A program made the position numbers and the translations under genes. Below the pieces are notes generated by a model. That model had not been told where the DNA came from, did no database searches, and saw nothing but the letters and a program-made list of their open reading frames with translations. Below, piece by piece: positions 12,416 to 24,951 of a stretch of 64,000 bases of DNA (position 1 is its first letter; every line of letters starts with the position of its first letter). The DNA is from Haliotis rufescens (Eukaryota), in the NCBI RefSeq assembly GCF_023055435.1, contig NW_025964361.1, positions 58,714,001 to 58,778,000 of the forward strand. The letters are read 5' to 3'.

Positions 12416-14913
12416 ATAAATTTGTCGCTTATAATTATTTTAAATTTGTGCCATACAACAACTTCTTGAACACGGCAACACTTGTTTATTGTAAGGCGTA
12501 CAACCCGTTACAGAAGTATGTAGAAAGAACTGCAAAGTCATTGAGAACATAGGCACGAAGACCTACCTTCCGCTTCCACAGCAGTATCTGGTGTTGGTTC
12601 TTCCACAGCATCTGTCGGGAACAGTACGCTGTCCTGTAGCCCCAATAATAACACAATCGGGAAGCAAACGCTACACAAAAAGAGACACCGTTAATTGTTC
12701 GTGGGGTGCTTTACCTAACACAATTTTGGTTTGAGGATGTCTGCTGGTATGTATTTGTGTTCACTGAGTAAATCGAACTATCGTTTATCGAGTCCTTTAG
12801 GAACACATTTCAAGTCAATCTGTCGCCAATATGAACGGTTGCAGGCAAGGATCGTAGACTCAACGTGAAGTCGTGTATGGCTTAAAACATCTTCTGCACA
12901 ATGTGTGAAAAACCAGAAACGTATAATTAGGGCATAAATATCTTCCTTAAAACCTTGGCTTGCCATCCACTTGGTCGATCAAGCATCTGACGTTAAGGCA
13001 AAGTTAACCTCACACGAACAGTCCTTTCCTAAAAAACATCCCCACAGCTGATGGTCGAATATTCAGTAAAATATAGTTTTTAATAGCGTTAGAAATATAC
13101 GCGTTTCTCACACATGCTCATACGGATCGTTTCAGAACAGTCTAATCAATATAAAACCACAACGTCTTAATGAAATGTTTAATGTCTACATGCATGACAT
13201 GTGATGGTAATGAGAGGTATTTTATTTTGTTCTCAAGACTGGATGCGCTCACCATTGGGGTTGAAAGGAAGTCACAGTTCACAAAGCGAACATTAAACAA
13301 TCGTTGGCAATGAAATACCCTCTAAATGTTAAATGTTGCACTTTTCAGGAATATCAGTTATGATTGGGGTTTCACATGCTTATTTAAACACCCTCATGGA
13401 AAAGAATGTCTGTTCTAAAACCTTCAGGTGCACATGGACAAAATCGGATCCATTAGAAATGCAGCATTTTGGGAATGCTCTTTTTCAAAGTTTCGATTCA
13501 GTAACTAACAGATACGGGGTAAAAGAAAACAGACGTAAACTGAAGTTAGGTTTGATCAGGTTTAACTCCAGCCCAGACAGGTTGGACACAGGATCAAGAC
13601 TTATTACACATTGAAACTGTTGCGAACCTGTTGCCTTTGGTAATTATCCTTGACATGACCTTACAGAAGTATCAAATGAAACATACACTGTACATATATA
13701 AGACGAACACTAAACCAATGAAAACATTTCTGTAAAATAATTATAATTGTTTTTCTTCGAAAGAACCTTTCATCTTCCGTTGTTTTCATGTGGAATAAAA
13801 CAAACTTGTCTTGGTTAGTTAAAGATTTGCCTCGGCTTTTAGTAGAAAACACATACCTAAAAATATAAATAATTTTATTCCACAATCATGGCGCAGGACA
13901 ATACATATATGTACTTCCTATGTAGAATGCGGCATTTAGCGATGGGTGTGTCATACTTAATGTCCTTGCCTACATGTATGTAGTTGACAATGCATGGAAT
14001 GTTCTGTTTGTTTCGTATATTTGTTTATTTTTGTTTTAATGCCATTGGAATGCAATCGAGTTCTTATTACTTCGCACAGATTTCTCTTACATTTAGCTGG
14101 CCCTTATGACCACTTTGATACGCATTATCTCACTGTCGTGACTTAGACACAATCAAGATAAATCGACCTCATCTGTTGGTTGTCAGTGGAATATAAGTCC
14201 ATATACACTATACACCAGATTAACCAAAATGTTCTTTTGTAATGTTACCAACCGTTCAGACGTATGCTAAAGAAAAAACACATACTAACTCTGCCTCGGT
14301 GACCTCAGAATTCCAGACCATGTAGATGTCAACTGCTCACTTGTCGTTTTTACGATGACACAAAATCACCCATTTATTCTTGATACCTGAGATTAACACA
14401 ATGTTCCCGTCACTGACCAATACGACATCGTTTTGTTAACACCCAGCCAGGTTGTTACCATTACAGCTGCTACTGCTGCTTCAAGACAGGGCCGTTCTCA
14501 TCTATATATGACCGCGACATATCCAATGTGACTTTTACTAATCAATCACTTCTGAAAACACCATATTTTCACTCCAAAAAACAGCTTCTGTTTCCTCCTT
14601 GTTATAAGCTTGTTCGTGAGTCCAGTGGTTAAAGAGTCGGCTCGCCACGCGAAATATTCGAGTTCTATCCCCGCATGGGTTCAATTTGTGAATCTTATTC
14701 TCCGGCTGTTATATGGCTGTTATATTACTTTTACTCCTAATGCCATTGAGTCACTTGGTTACATTTATGTTTTCCATATTTGTTTTCCATATTTCATATT
14801 TGTCTTTATGTCTTCCCTTATTGTAAAGAGAATTTCAGTTACAAAACATGTACAGTCCTCCGTCGATTTCAGTAACCAATGGCAATTTTGGCCACAATAT
14901 GTTGATTATTATT

Positions 14914-15318
14914 TATTAATAAATATATGTTTTAAAGTTTTGTTCTTGGCATTTGTGTACATGAACTGTCGACGGGTGTAATTGCATGCATGCATGTTTG
15001 ACAGGAGTCCATGGTGGATTTCATCAAGTAAAGAAGGCAACACATGAAGCGTGTTTTATTGTCTGTGGGTCCTGGTGATGTGAGGCGGGCAGTGATTAAA
15101 ATGTAATAATTAATTCATTATGGTTATTAATTGAGACTGGAGGCATTATATAGTTAATAAATATATGTTTTAAAGTGTTGTTCTAGGCATTTGTGTACAT
15201 TAACTGTCGACGGGTGTAAATGCATGCATGCATGTTTGACAGGAGTGCATGGTGGATTTCATCAAGTAAAGAAGGCAACACATGAAGCGTATTCTATTGG
15301 CTGTAGGTACTGGGTGAC
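14914..15318. repeat. Local direct duplication of about 165 bp
   Basis: About 14914-15080 versus 15154-15318, near-identical. Confidence 0.85.
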
Positions 15319-15867
15319 AACAATATCTAATCATTACTTCATTAGGGGTATACGCGCGACCGACTATATGATCCATGTGAAGCTGGAAGAGCTATCAGCC
15401 TTACGCTGAAGAATGTCCTGACACTTGTACTTGTAACATATTTATGTTGTCCGGAAGAAATGACTTCGTATATTTACCATTGATGCACAATGCACACCGG
15501 AAGGCAGACAATTTATACTCATGATTCAAGTCGCCATTTCCCATAAATATCCGACTACATCCCCCTGGACATCCGTTCGCTATTACATTTTATTTGTTAC
15601 AGCTAGTTCATGGTGACAAGGATGTATAAAGACTGTTAATCACACACTTGGTCTCTGGACATCTGGGACAAGAAGTCATATCGCTCACATAGTTAGTTAG
15701 TAATTCACATACTGAGTAACCAGCAGAGTTAATATACAGTGTTATTGAACGTACAGAACACGTAGATACCAACGAGGACTTCGTCCAGCCAGGAATCGTT
15801 TGGCTACAAGGAATAAAGGTTGACGTCACTGTCTGTTTGGTGAAGTGTAGTGAGGTGTGTGTTCACG

Positions 15868-17332
15868 ATGTACTTTCTGAAACGTGGATGGATACTTCTC
15901 ACTCTGACTGCTGTTTGTGAGTATATACATGCTCTATGAGTTTTTGGCCTTCGGGGAGAACTTACTGCGCTGGAAAACCACTAATATCACTATCACCAGC
16001 CAACCACCCCACCATCCCGATTGCATGGATCGATGCTCATGATATCAATCACTGGACTGTCTGGTCCAGACTCGATTATTTACAGACCGCCGTCATATAG
16101 CTGCGGCGTTAAACAACAAACCAACCAACCAACCAACCACCCCACCACCTCAAAACCGAACCACACCACACATGCCCTATATATTGATGCATTTTGAAAT
16201 ACATTACTGAAACATTAAATGTTGAAACAACGTGTCCTGGGATTTTTTCGGGTAATATTGTAGTTTTACAAGCTTTATGGTTGTAGTATGTGCACGTGTA
16301 CCCCAAACGCGGCTCTTACACGATAAGGTAGTGTGAGTGATCAGTTGGGTTTAACGCCGCTTGTAACGTTGTTCCGGTTATAGCACGACGTTTCAGCGTG
16401 ATGTGGGAGGAACGCCCGAAGTGATGCGGGTTTTAGACGTTTAACAATTAGGTAAAACCCACGAATACGACTATGTTGCGAACAAACCTGGAAACATGAT
16501 TGGGAATTCGAACTCACAATCTGTGTTTCCCCGAACACCTAAGGGACACAACTCTGCACAGTTAATTCCGGCGCCATATGCGACTGGGTCACCCGTGCCC
16601 CCATTTAGAGTCTCGTTGTGTGTTTATGAGCGTAATGACACCGATGGTCTTGTTTTAAAGCTGTTTTAGTGTCACGATTAATTATATTTCAAGCGATGAT
16701 GGAAATCCTTGGTTAATGTACACTACATGACATCTGCACATAGGGCATTTAGACACTGTTAAGTATGTCTGCTGGCATGTATTTGCGTTCACTGCGCAAC
16801 TCGAATGTCGTGTGTTAGGCTATCGACAAAATTACGTCGCAGGGGAGAATAATGGAATAAAAGTCAAATCGTCAAACAAATAAATTGAACTGATTTACTT
16901 ACGACAGGTCACGTATTCTGAACGGCAAACGTGAATGGGAGTAGCGCCGCTACGTGCTTACACTATGACGTCACTGCGACATATATAAATCTCGTTTCGT
17001 AACGTCATGGCACTGTATGACATCATCAATGCAACGTCGCTGCACGTTAGAAATTGTAGGAAATACGTAACTGAGCACGTTTGTATCCACTTGCTACAAA
17101 ATGAGCACACTAACATAAAGAAACATGTTTTTTATAGCTGAACATTTTATCCCTAACATATTTGATTTTTAAAATTTTTTTTAAATAATGAAGTTTTTTT
17201 AAACACATGCTATTAATTATACGTTAATGTTAAACTGAAAACCCGGTGAATGGTTTCCTTACGAGGTGAGGTGAGGTGAAATGGGGTTTAACGTCGCGTC
17301 CAAGATTATTGCACTTATATAGCGACGTGCAT

Positions 17333-17419
<87 letters not shown>

Positions 17420-20400
17420 GCTGCTTGTACTAATCCGGACTGATGCCGATTTATAGTGCTAGCTCACTGAGATACCATGCAGTTTAACATGAATACCCCA
17501 CTCAGACACAGTATACCGACTCCGAGCCGACCAGTCCTTGTTTTAGCCTCTTAAAGCCGAGCGCCAGACAGGTTAAACAACAAGTACCATCTTTTAACGT
17601 CTTTTGGTATGACGCGGCCAGGGATCGAACCCTGGACCTTCCGCTATCCGTGCGGACGCTCTACCACTAGACCACGGAGGTGGTCCGGTTTCCCTACGAG
17701 TCTCTATAGGAAAGTGTGAGTGTGGCAGCAGTACTTACACTTTGCACCGAGCACAACAAATGCAGAGTCGCCTTCATATTTCAATTGGATTTGAAAACGT
17801 CCTCCTCTCAGAAACAGTTAAACACTCTGAATTCAGACAAGCGGACATCCGTAATAATGATGACGTGAACCCATAACAGGAACATATTCACACATGCACG
17901 GATTATTTCGAAATAATTGTCATTTAAATTGAGATTTAAATTTAGTCACATTCCCTGACGTGGGATGTACACACGGAGATGAATTGCGCAATTGACTTTC
18001 GCTCACTTTAACAGCGGAAACTCCGATATGAAACGTCAATGAAATATCAAAATTCAAATTTAAACGAGTGCATTGTACATGTATTGTGAACATTATTTAT
18101 GGTACCAAATATAAGCGTTTGCTTTAACCGGATGCTGTTATAGCTTATGATCCAACGTATGACAACAGCATACTCTGTCAATGACCTGTGTCACTTGGGG
18201 CTATAATAATATATACCCTGATATAATTGAAATACTGTTTGAAGCGGCATGACACTATATAGAGTGTCTACCCTGTTTAACTAACACTCTTCAACATTCG
18301 ACCACCTCCTTGCCCTAGAGCATAGAGTTGTCTACCCGGTGAGCGGAAGGTCGGAGGTTCGATCCCCGGCCGCGTCATACCCAAAGACGTTAAAAGATGG
18401 TTCTTGTTGTTACCCTTCCTGGCGCTCTGCATAAACAGACTAAAACATGAACTGATTGGCTTGGAGTCAGTATACTGTGTCCGGGCGGTGTATTCGTGTT
18501 AAACTGTGGCATGGTATCTCAGTGAGCTAGCACTATGAAATCGGCATTAGTCCGGACTAGTACATGTAGCCACACACACACATACACTTGCTTGCACGTC
18601 GCTTATATACGTGCAATAATCTTGAAAGCGACGTTAAACCTCATGTCACCTCATCTGTTCAAGGGGGCACGGGTGGCCCAGTCGTCTAAGGCGCCGCGAT
18701 TCGCTGTGCAGAGTTGCGTCCCTTGGGCACGCCAGAAACCTATGATTGTGGGTTCGAATCCCGGTTCGCCCCGATTATGTTTCTAGGTTTGTCAGCACTA
18801 TACCCGTGCTCGTGGGTTTCACCGAAGTGGTAAACGTCTGCGACCTGCATCACTTCGGGCTTTCCTCCCACATTAAGCTGACACGCCGCGATACTGTTAA
18901 AAGCGGCGTTAAACCCAACTCACTCACTCACTCACTCATCTGTTCTACATTGCTTTAACAAAATGTGCGAAGTTTCTTAATTCAGAAAGATTATCAGTAC
19001 TTGATCATTTATCAAGTTCGATTACTTTTGATTTGGCTTTATAAAGTATTTTGATGTACATTATGTCTACGAAGATTATCAAAATATGGACACGGTAATA
19101 TAAAAACGGTATTTATCGGTAACGGTAAATCATTCTTATTAAAATGATTACAAGTTCTGTCTTCGGGTCAATTTTTTCCCATCACCCCTTCTCTATTGCT
19201 TTTGTGTGGTTAGTAGGGTTTCTCAATGATACGAATACTAAGAGATGGCAAATAACATTTTAATTTTCTTTTATGTCAAATAATCTATCAAATAAAAACC
19301 TGTCGAAAAGTATGTACTGAACTTGTCCATCTGACATACGTCGACAGAATATAAATTTTAACATTCAATTTTTCAGCCTATGCCTTTGACGTGTGTACCG
19401 AGGTTGGGGATTTTCATACCAGGACACTGACGTGTGACGATTTATGTTGTGGGTCACTTTCTTCCAGATATTGTTGGTAAGTATGATTGTAAAGATGCAT
19501 CACTTGTGACGTTAAAGATCATAACAAGCAGACGAAGTCATGATCATTCCTTTCCCAATTTACTCGCATTATTTTATCCGTAGATGTGAAAATACACTCA
19601 CATACCAAATCAGATGTATGTAGCCTTGATTTAAACATACAGTTCCAAGCACGTGGTCCTATGTACAGCATGTAGGTCACACATGAGGCAAAAGCATTGT
19701 TGGTTGCGGAGAGTCACGGGATGGGTGACCGCGTACGGCAGCTTCATTCTTGGGATTCGGCCCTGCCCAACACCGAAGCAGCAAGTGACTGTTCGAAATG
19801 TGCCTCTGTTCACCCTGCAGTGAATGGGTACCCGGTAGGATGAGATGTTATGTGACTCTTAACCTTCCAGCCCCTCCCAGGCGGATAGGATTGTATTCTC
19901 CCAAGGGAGTTGAGAAAGAAAACCGCTTGCACACTGATCCCTTGATCGGTGTAATAATGGTGAAAGGCTTTGACAAAGTCCGTGTGTGGGGAGGCAATAT
20001 ATCGCAATATAAATAGCTATCATTAAAGTTCCTTGGTTACCAGCGTGATATATATATCAAAATGTACCACAATGTACGAAACGTTGATACATCAGATACA
20101 TTTGAGATACATCAGATACATTTTGAATCCTGACTAGCGTAAAATGGTTGCCAATATTTTCACAATATCAGAGTGATAACATATTATTGCATTTATCCCT
20201 CATGGGGTTCTCCACACATTTCTGCTTTCATAAAAGGCGACATAATTGGATCGGATGGTCGGACTCAGTGATAATCATGACTCTGATAATCGAGACTGAA
20301 TATCCTCTGGCGTTATGTTCATCATACTATCAATCACTGGTTTGTCTCGCCCAGCTTCGGTATAGCTGTACTAATTCGTGTTTCTTCTAGCTCAAAGAGA

Positions 20401-22137
20401 CGTCTGTCAGCAAAGAGTATTGGGGTCGTCGTGACTTGTGTTGTGTTCGGGATCGCCTTAATTATCGGAGCACTCTACTGCTGTTGGTTATATCAAGGCC
20501 CCCGGGGTCGCGCCGTGACCACCAACCAACAACTAGCCGTCGTACAGACAGGTACTACACATACTCCATCAATATGTATAATCCATCAATATGTCGTACA
20601 TGTGTTGATGAAATGACACATAACAGCTACAGTCGTTATTTTTATTTGACGAAACAAATGGGTACTTCCTACCTGGTTTCATGCCTGATTTCCAGTGGTC
20701 CATTCATATACTATTCACAGCTATTTGGCCCTTTACGCCAAATGGAACTTGTTTCGGCTGATAATCAAGACTGGTTATTCCCTTACTTTGACAATGTATA
20801 TTTCTATGGTGTGAATGTGTTGATTCACAACGTATGTTGTGCTTTGATAACATTTTTGCATTTTTCGTTGTGGTTTTCTTTCTGAAAGGCTCTGAGGATG
20901 TCAACGTCTTCACATGTAATTTTGTTTTGTTTTCGTTATTTGGGGAAAGTAGTTCTCAGACTTTAAGGAATTAAATTTTTAATCATTATTAGGTACCAAA
21001 TGCAGGTATGTCATATCAAAAAGACGCAATCATTAATCGTATTATTCAGTTGTTTTTCTCAATAGAACGTTTCTCCATAAACAGTAAATTGAAGTGGAAG
21101 TGTGTGCTTCAATCTCATTGGTTCAAACTCTTCTGTCAGTGCGTATGAATCCATTTCTTGCAAAGTATAATGTCCCAAATCTGAAATCCATCCTTGAGTC
21201 TGGAGACATAAATTGATATGCACTACTTTGGAGTTGCAGTTGAATATACAATGTAGGCATATTCCCTTTTATATATATCATCTCTGGAAATGAAAGTAAC
21301 AGTGACACTATACACTGTGACCAGTGACCACACATTTGAGGAAGATGGTTCAGAAAAGATCAACAATAGTAGTTGTAGCTATCTACAGATATCTGGAAAA
21401 TATTTTCATACTACTGGGTCGTAAAACTGAACTCACTCACCCTCTCATATGAACGTTGTGGTTTCATATAACTTTCATGATATAATAATAGTTTTGACAT
21501 GCACGAATATCTGGACTCTGTTTTTTTTTTATTTAATGCTTATATACCTGAAGAAATCACTTTCCAGAAGATGCCAATTTCGTCATCATTTTAATCAAAA
21601 CTTGTATGACAATGTAACTACTTTACTGCTCGATAGTACTTGAAAGAAAATATATATCTTAATGTTGCTATGTGGTGCTATGCTTGCTTTTAATATTCCC
21701 ATATATACGAACAAGCAGGCTTGTACTTGTACAGGGGGTATTATTAAAATATGACATGCTTCTTATCATTACGAATTTGACTGCTCTGTTGTTTTACTAT
21801 ATGCCTATAAGGCTGATGCAGAATAACTGATTGCCGTTGACAATGTGAAGTAATACCCTTACTAGCCTCGCTATAAGTAGACTCAAATGTATCCTTGATC
21901 CTTTATCCAGGTACAAACCCCACCGGTGCTGCATATAATGCAGGATACATCTACCCATCTCAGCTTGCTCCAGGTACGTACTGCCCCCAACCTGCAGGGA
22001 CGGAACAACCCCCACCACTCTACTTCCACAGACCAGGGCCAGTCTATGATCCAACAACAGGAGAAGCATTTTCTCCGTTTACACTCTCTGAAAACAACTC
22101 TGACACCAAAGCCTTGACAACCAGTGGGCAGGTTTAA
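15868..22137 (+). CDS. Gene C: CYYR1/Shisa-like single-pass membrane protein, 4 exons (15868-15916, 19377-19476, 20391-20551, 21911-22137), 178 aa
   Basis: GT-AG introns of phase 1/2/1, 537-bp open CDS. Signal MYFLKRGWILLTLTAVSYA; ectodomain FDVCTEVGDFHTRTLTCDDLCCGSLSSRYCC; TM IGVVVTCVVFGIALIIGALYCCWLY; tail with PPLY ending TSGQV*. Confidence 0.88.
17263..17687 (-). mobile_element. SINE family 3 (tRNA head, Meta/MESC-like core, internal (CA)n)
   Basis: Core cgcgtcataccaaaagacgttaaaagatggtacttg resembles the Meta/MESC domain; TSD ggtttcc(t/c)tacgag. Other copies at about 18335-18655(+), 32505-32780(+), 39920-40192(-), 40968-41282(+). Confidence 0.8.
18662..18938 (+). mobile_element. SINE family 2 (tRNA-Leu-like head, about 270 bp)
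   Basis: A box tggcccagtcg..ctaaggcgcc, B box ggttcgaatcc, (CACT)n tail, TSD tcatctgttc. Other copies at about 2985-3190(-), 7115-7370(-), 9780-10020(-), 16330-16605(-), 23860-24110(+), 36215-36440(-), 48015-48240(-). Confidence 0.85.
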
Positions 22138-22773
22138 GACAGCCTGCGGTGGTAGAGAATCGCGTAGCTGATAGACAATAGAGTTTACTACAATATCTGT
22201 TGCATGAATAGGGGTAAGGAAGCCCGGAGGGCAATCTTCTATGCATGATCTACTTATAAGCAGCAGAATCCCTGCACCTGTTCACAGAAGATTAAAACCA
22301 AAATTTACATACCTTTTTCAGTTTCAACAAATTCAGTAAATGCGATATCGTGTGACTTGATTTCTGGTCTTTCGCTTGATTGTCATCTTCTGAGTTAATT
22401 GTGTATGTTACATAGGACCAGTCGTTGTATCATACCTACGAATGATTCACACCACGTTTTACGTGATGCGTCAAAACAACCGCACGTAAACATAACGTAC
22501 GTGTGTGCGTGCGTGCGTGCGTGTGTGAGAGAGAGATAAGTACTTTCGTCGTGCGTCACTTCTTATTGTAACGCAGTTGTGTATCATTATTTCTTTTGTA
22601 TAAGTATTTGATGTTTTAAGATCATGTTTTTGCATTTGTTTCGGTCTGTTTTGTCGGCTTTAACCACTAGGCTACCCCGCCGCCCTCAAACACAAAAGTA
22701 ATATGGGCAAGAGGACGATTTTCTTTAACTTCGAGAGAAATTCTAAGTGTGAGCAAGTTCGTGACGCAAGAGT

Positions 22774-23070
22774 CACAATCGGGAAGCATACGCTACACAA
22801 AAAGGGACACCGTTAATTGTTCGTGGCGTGCGTTTACCTTCCATCTCACAATGAACACAGTGTTAGTTGAGGATGTCTGCTGGTATGTATTTGTGTTCAC
22901 TGAGTAAGTAAATCGAACTATCGTTTATCGAGTCCTTTAGGAACACATTTCAAGTCAGTCTGTCGCCAATATGAACGGTTGCAGGCAAGGATCGTAGACT
23001 CAAAGTGAAGTCGTGTATTGCTTAAAGCTGCCCACATAACGCACTTGGAACCATACGCTACACAAAGAAA
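22774..23070 (-). pseudogene. Orphan relics of CYYR1-like intron 1/exon 2 junctions
   Basis: 22774-23026 closely copies 12652-12886 (gene B acceptor tgtgtag|CGTATGCTTCCCGATTGTG plus intron). It is followed by a second truncated acceptor tttgtgtag|CGTATGGTTCC at about 23027-23070. Confidence 0.65.
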
Positions 23071-23519
23071 CACAGTTGGTACGATCAGTCAAGCTCATCT
23101 CTGACGACGATGTCAATAATTGTCCTCTGTACGTAAGGTCTGTAAGCCCTAATTCCTAGAGCCCTAAGTCGCCCAGCCACTATATGTCGAATAACAATAT
23201 GCCCAAGGACATTCGTGACGTCACTGTCGAGAATCGATCAGGGAGATGCAAAGTACCGGCCCCTTTGGGCGTAGTTACCCTGGGTCTGCCTGTTCTTGGC
23301 CTGATGTCTGCCCGGTGTGTCTGTAACGTTGCATCAGGTTACTTACAGCAACACGGGAGCAACCAAGAGGTCTAGCAATGTGGGCACGGGTGGCTCCCAC
23401 CTGTATCATACATACCCAGGGTCAGCTCGCGTTGTTCGGGGGTCAGACGTAGCATTCTGTGGGGGTTATTTATCAGTGTCATCGTCTGATATGCAGTCCG
23501 TATCATTTATATACCCTCA

Positions 23520-23700
23520 GAGGTTAAAGCGTTCGCTCGCCACACCTAAGACCCGGGTTCGATTCCCCACATGGGTACAATGTGTGAAGCCCATTTGTGG
23601 TGTCCCCCAACCGTGATATTGCTGGAATATTGCTAAAAGCGGCCTAAAACCTCACTCACTCACTCACTCACTCACTCACTCACTCACTCACTCACTCACT
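23520..23700 (+). mobile_element. SINE family 1
   Basis: ggttaaagcgttcgctcg..ggttcgattccc..gctaaaagcggc followed by a long (CACT)n tail. Confidence 0.85.
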
Positions 23701-24599
23701 ACAATTGGAACGTTAGATTATATTATCTGGTTTTAAAACTTTAAATCTCAGAAAAAAATAAATACTCTGAATAGAGATCAACGGACATCCCCAAGAAGGT
23801 TTTCCAAGACAACATGCATTTAGGATAGCAGGTACTGATGTTGCTTCAAGGAATGAGGATGTGGTCCATTCGTCTAAGGCGCCGCGATTCGCTGTGCAGA
23901 GTTGCGTCCCTTGGGCACGCCAGAAATATATGATTGTGGGTTCGAATCCCGGTTCGCCCAAATTATGTTTCTAGTTTGTCAGCACCATACCCGTGTTTGT
24001 GGTGAACGTCGACGACCTGCATCCCTTCGTCCTTCCTTCCACATGTACATTAAGCTAACACGCCCTGATATAATTGTAATAATCATAAAAGCGGCGTTAA
24101 ACCCACTCACTGTTTTGTGGGAGCAGCTCTGTGTGTGCTGTGCTCACTGAAGAGCAGGAGAGCGTGACGACAATGTACACCAACCACTTCCTGGTCTATG
24201 TTATAAGGGCATGTTATTCAAGTTCTATTTTAGTCTGAATACAAATCATGAAAGAAATCCTTGTCGAATTGTGGCCATGCATACATGCCCTCGATATGAT
24301 GGCATTACGAAATAGTGTAAGCTAGAAACATCTACAAGCATTTTTTTCTGCAGATATATCAAATGATGGGATTTCGTGATCGGTGCACATAACGCTCCCG
24401 AATATAGCCCCGGCTGTACAAACACAGCATACACATATATACCGCGATAAAGGTATCAGGTCCCCAGCTATGTCACATCGTCATGGAAACAATCGAGTCT
24501 GGGTCAGACAAACCGGTGACTGAAAGCATCAGCAGCCATTCCTTTCAGCGGAGCACAGATGCAGACTATCAGTCCAGTCGCACATTGAGAATATCAGGT

Positions 24600-24951
24600 C
24601 AGGTGAGGTGAAATGGGGTTTACCGTCGCGTCCAAGATAATTGCACTTACATAGCGACGTGCATGTGCGTGTGTGTTTGTGTGGCTGCTTGTACTAGTCC
24701 GGACTGATGCGGATTTATAGTTCTAGCTCACTGAGATACCATGCCGCAGTTTAACATGAATACCCCACTCAGACACAGTATACTGACTCCGAGCCGACCA
24801 GTCCTTGTTTTAGCCCCTTAATGACGAGCGCCGGACACGGTAACAACAAGTACCATCTTTTAACGTCTTTTAGTATGACGCGGCCGGGGATCGAACCCCG
24901 GACCTTCCGCTCTCCGGGCGGACGCTCTACCACTAGACCACGGAGGCGGTC
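24600..24951 (-). mobile_element. SINE family 3, full length
   Basis: Same head, core and cacctcacc-type tail as 17263-17687. Confidence 0.85.

Larger units (their letters stand above)
10181..12670 (-). pseudogene. Gene B: frameshifted CYYR1/Shisa-like paralog (exon 2 12567-12670, exon 3 11162-11327, exon 4 10181-10597; exon 1 not found)
   Basis: Same exon architecture as the paralogs (RLCYYWGYRTAYC/PDRCCGRTNTRYCC; WLIVLVVLIFFCCCRR; GLAVIST|GT; QPPPSY repeats). Exon 2 is 1 nt too long (104 bp). Exon 3 ends in phase 0 instead of phase 1 (166 bp). Exon 4 has two 1-nt deletions in G runs. Confidence 0.75.

Noticed and set aside
11399-12552. Many overlapping long ORFs and a CRISPR-sized 34-bp periodicity
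   Set aside because: The units are contiguous with no unique spacers and there are no cas genes. The ORFs are artefacts of a stop-free minisatellite read in all frames. The same applies to 29123-29537 and 45092-45690.
17739-17777. Short ATG exon with a gtaagt donor (-), a candidate missing exon 1 of gene B
   Set aside because: It is 39 bp and phase 0, lacks the MxSLK pattern, and lies inside gene C intron 1.
24147-24175. CTGAAGA motif suggesting a hammerhead ribozyme
   Set aside because: There is no GAAA core and no convincing stems.
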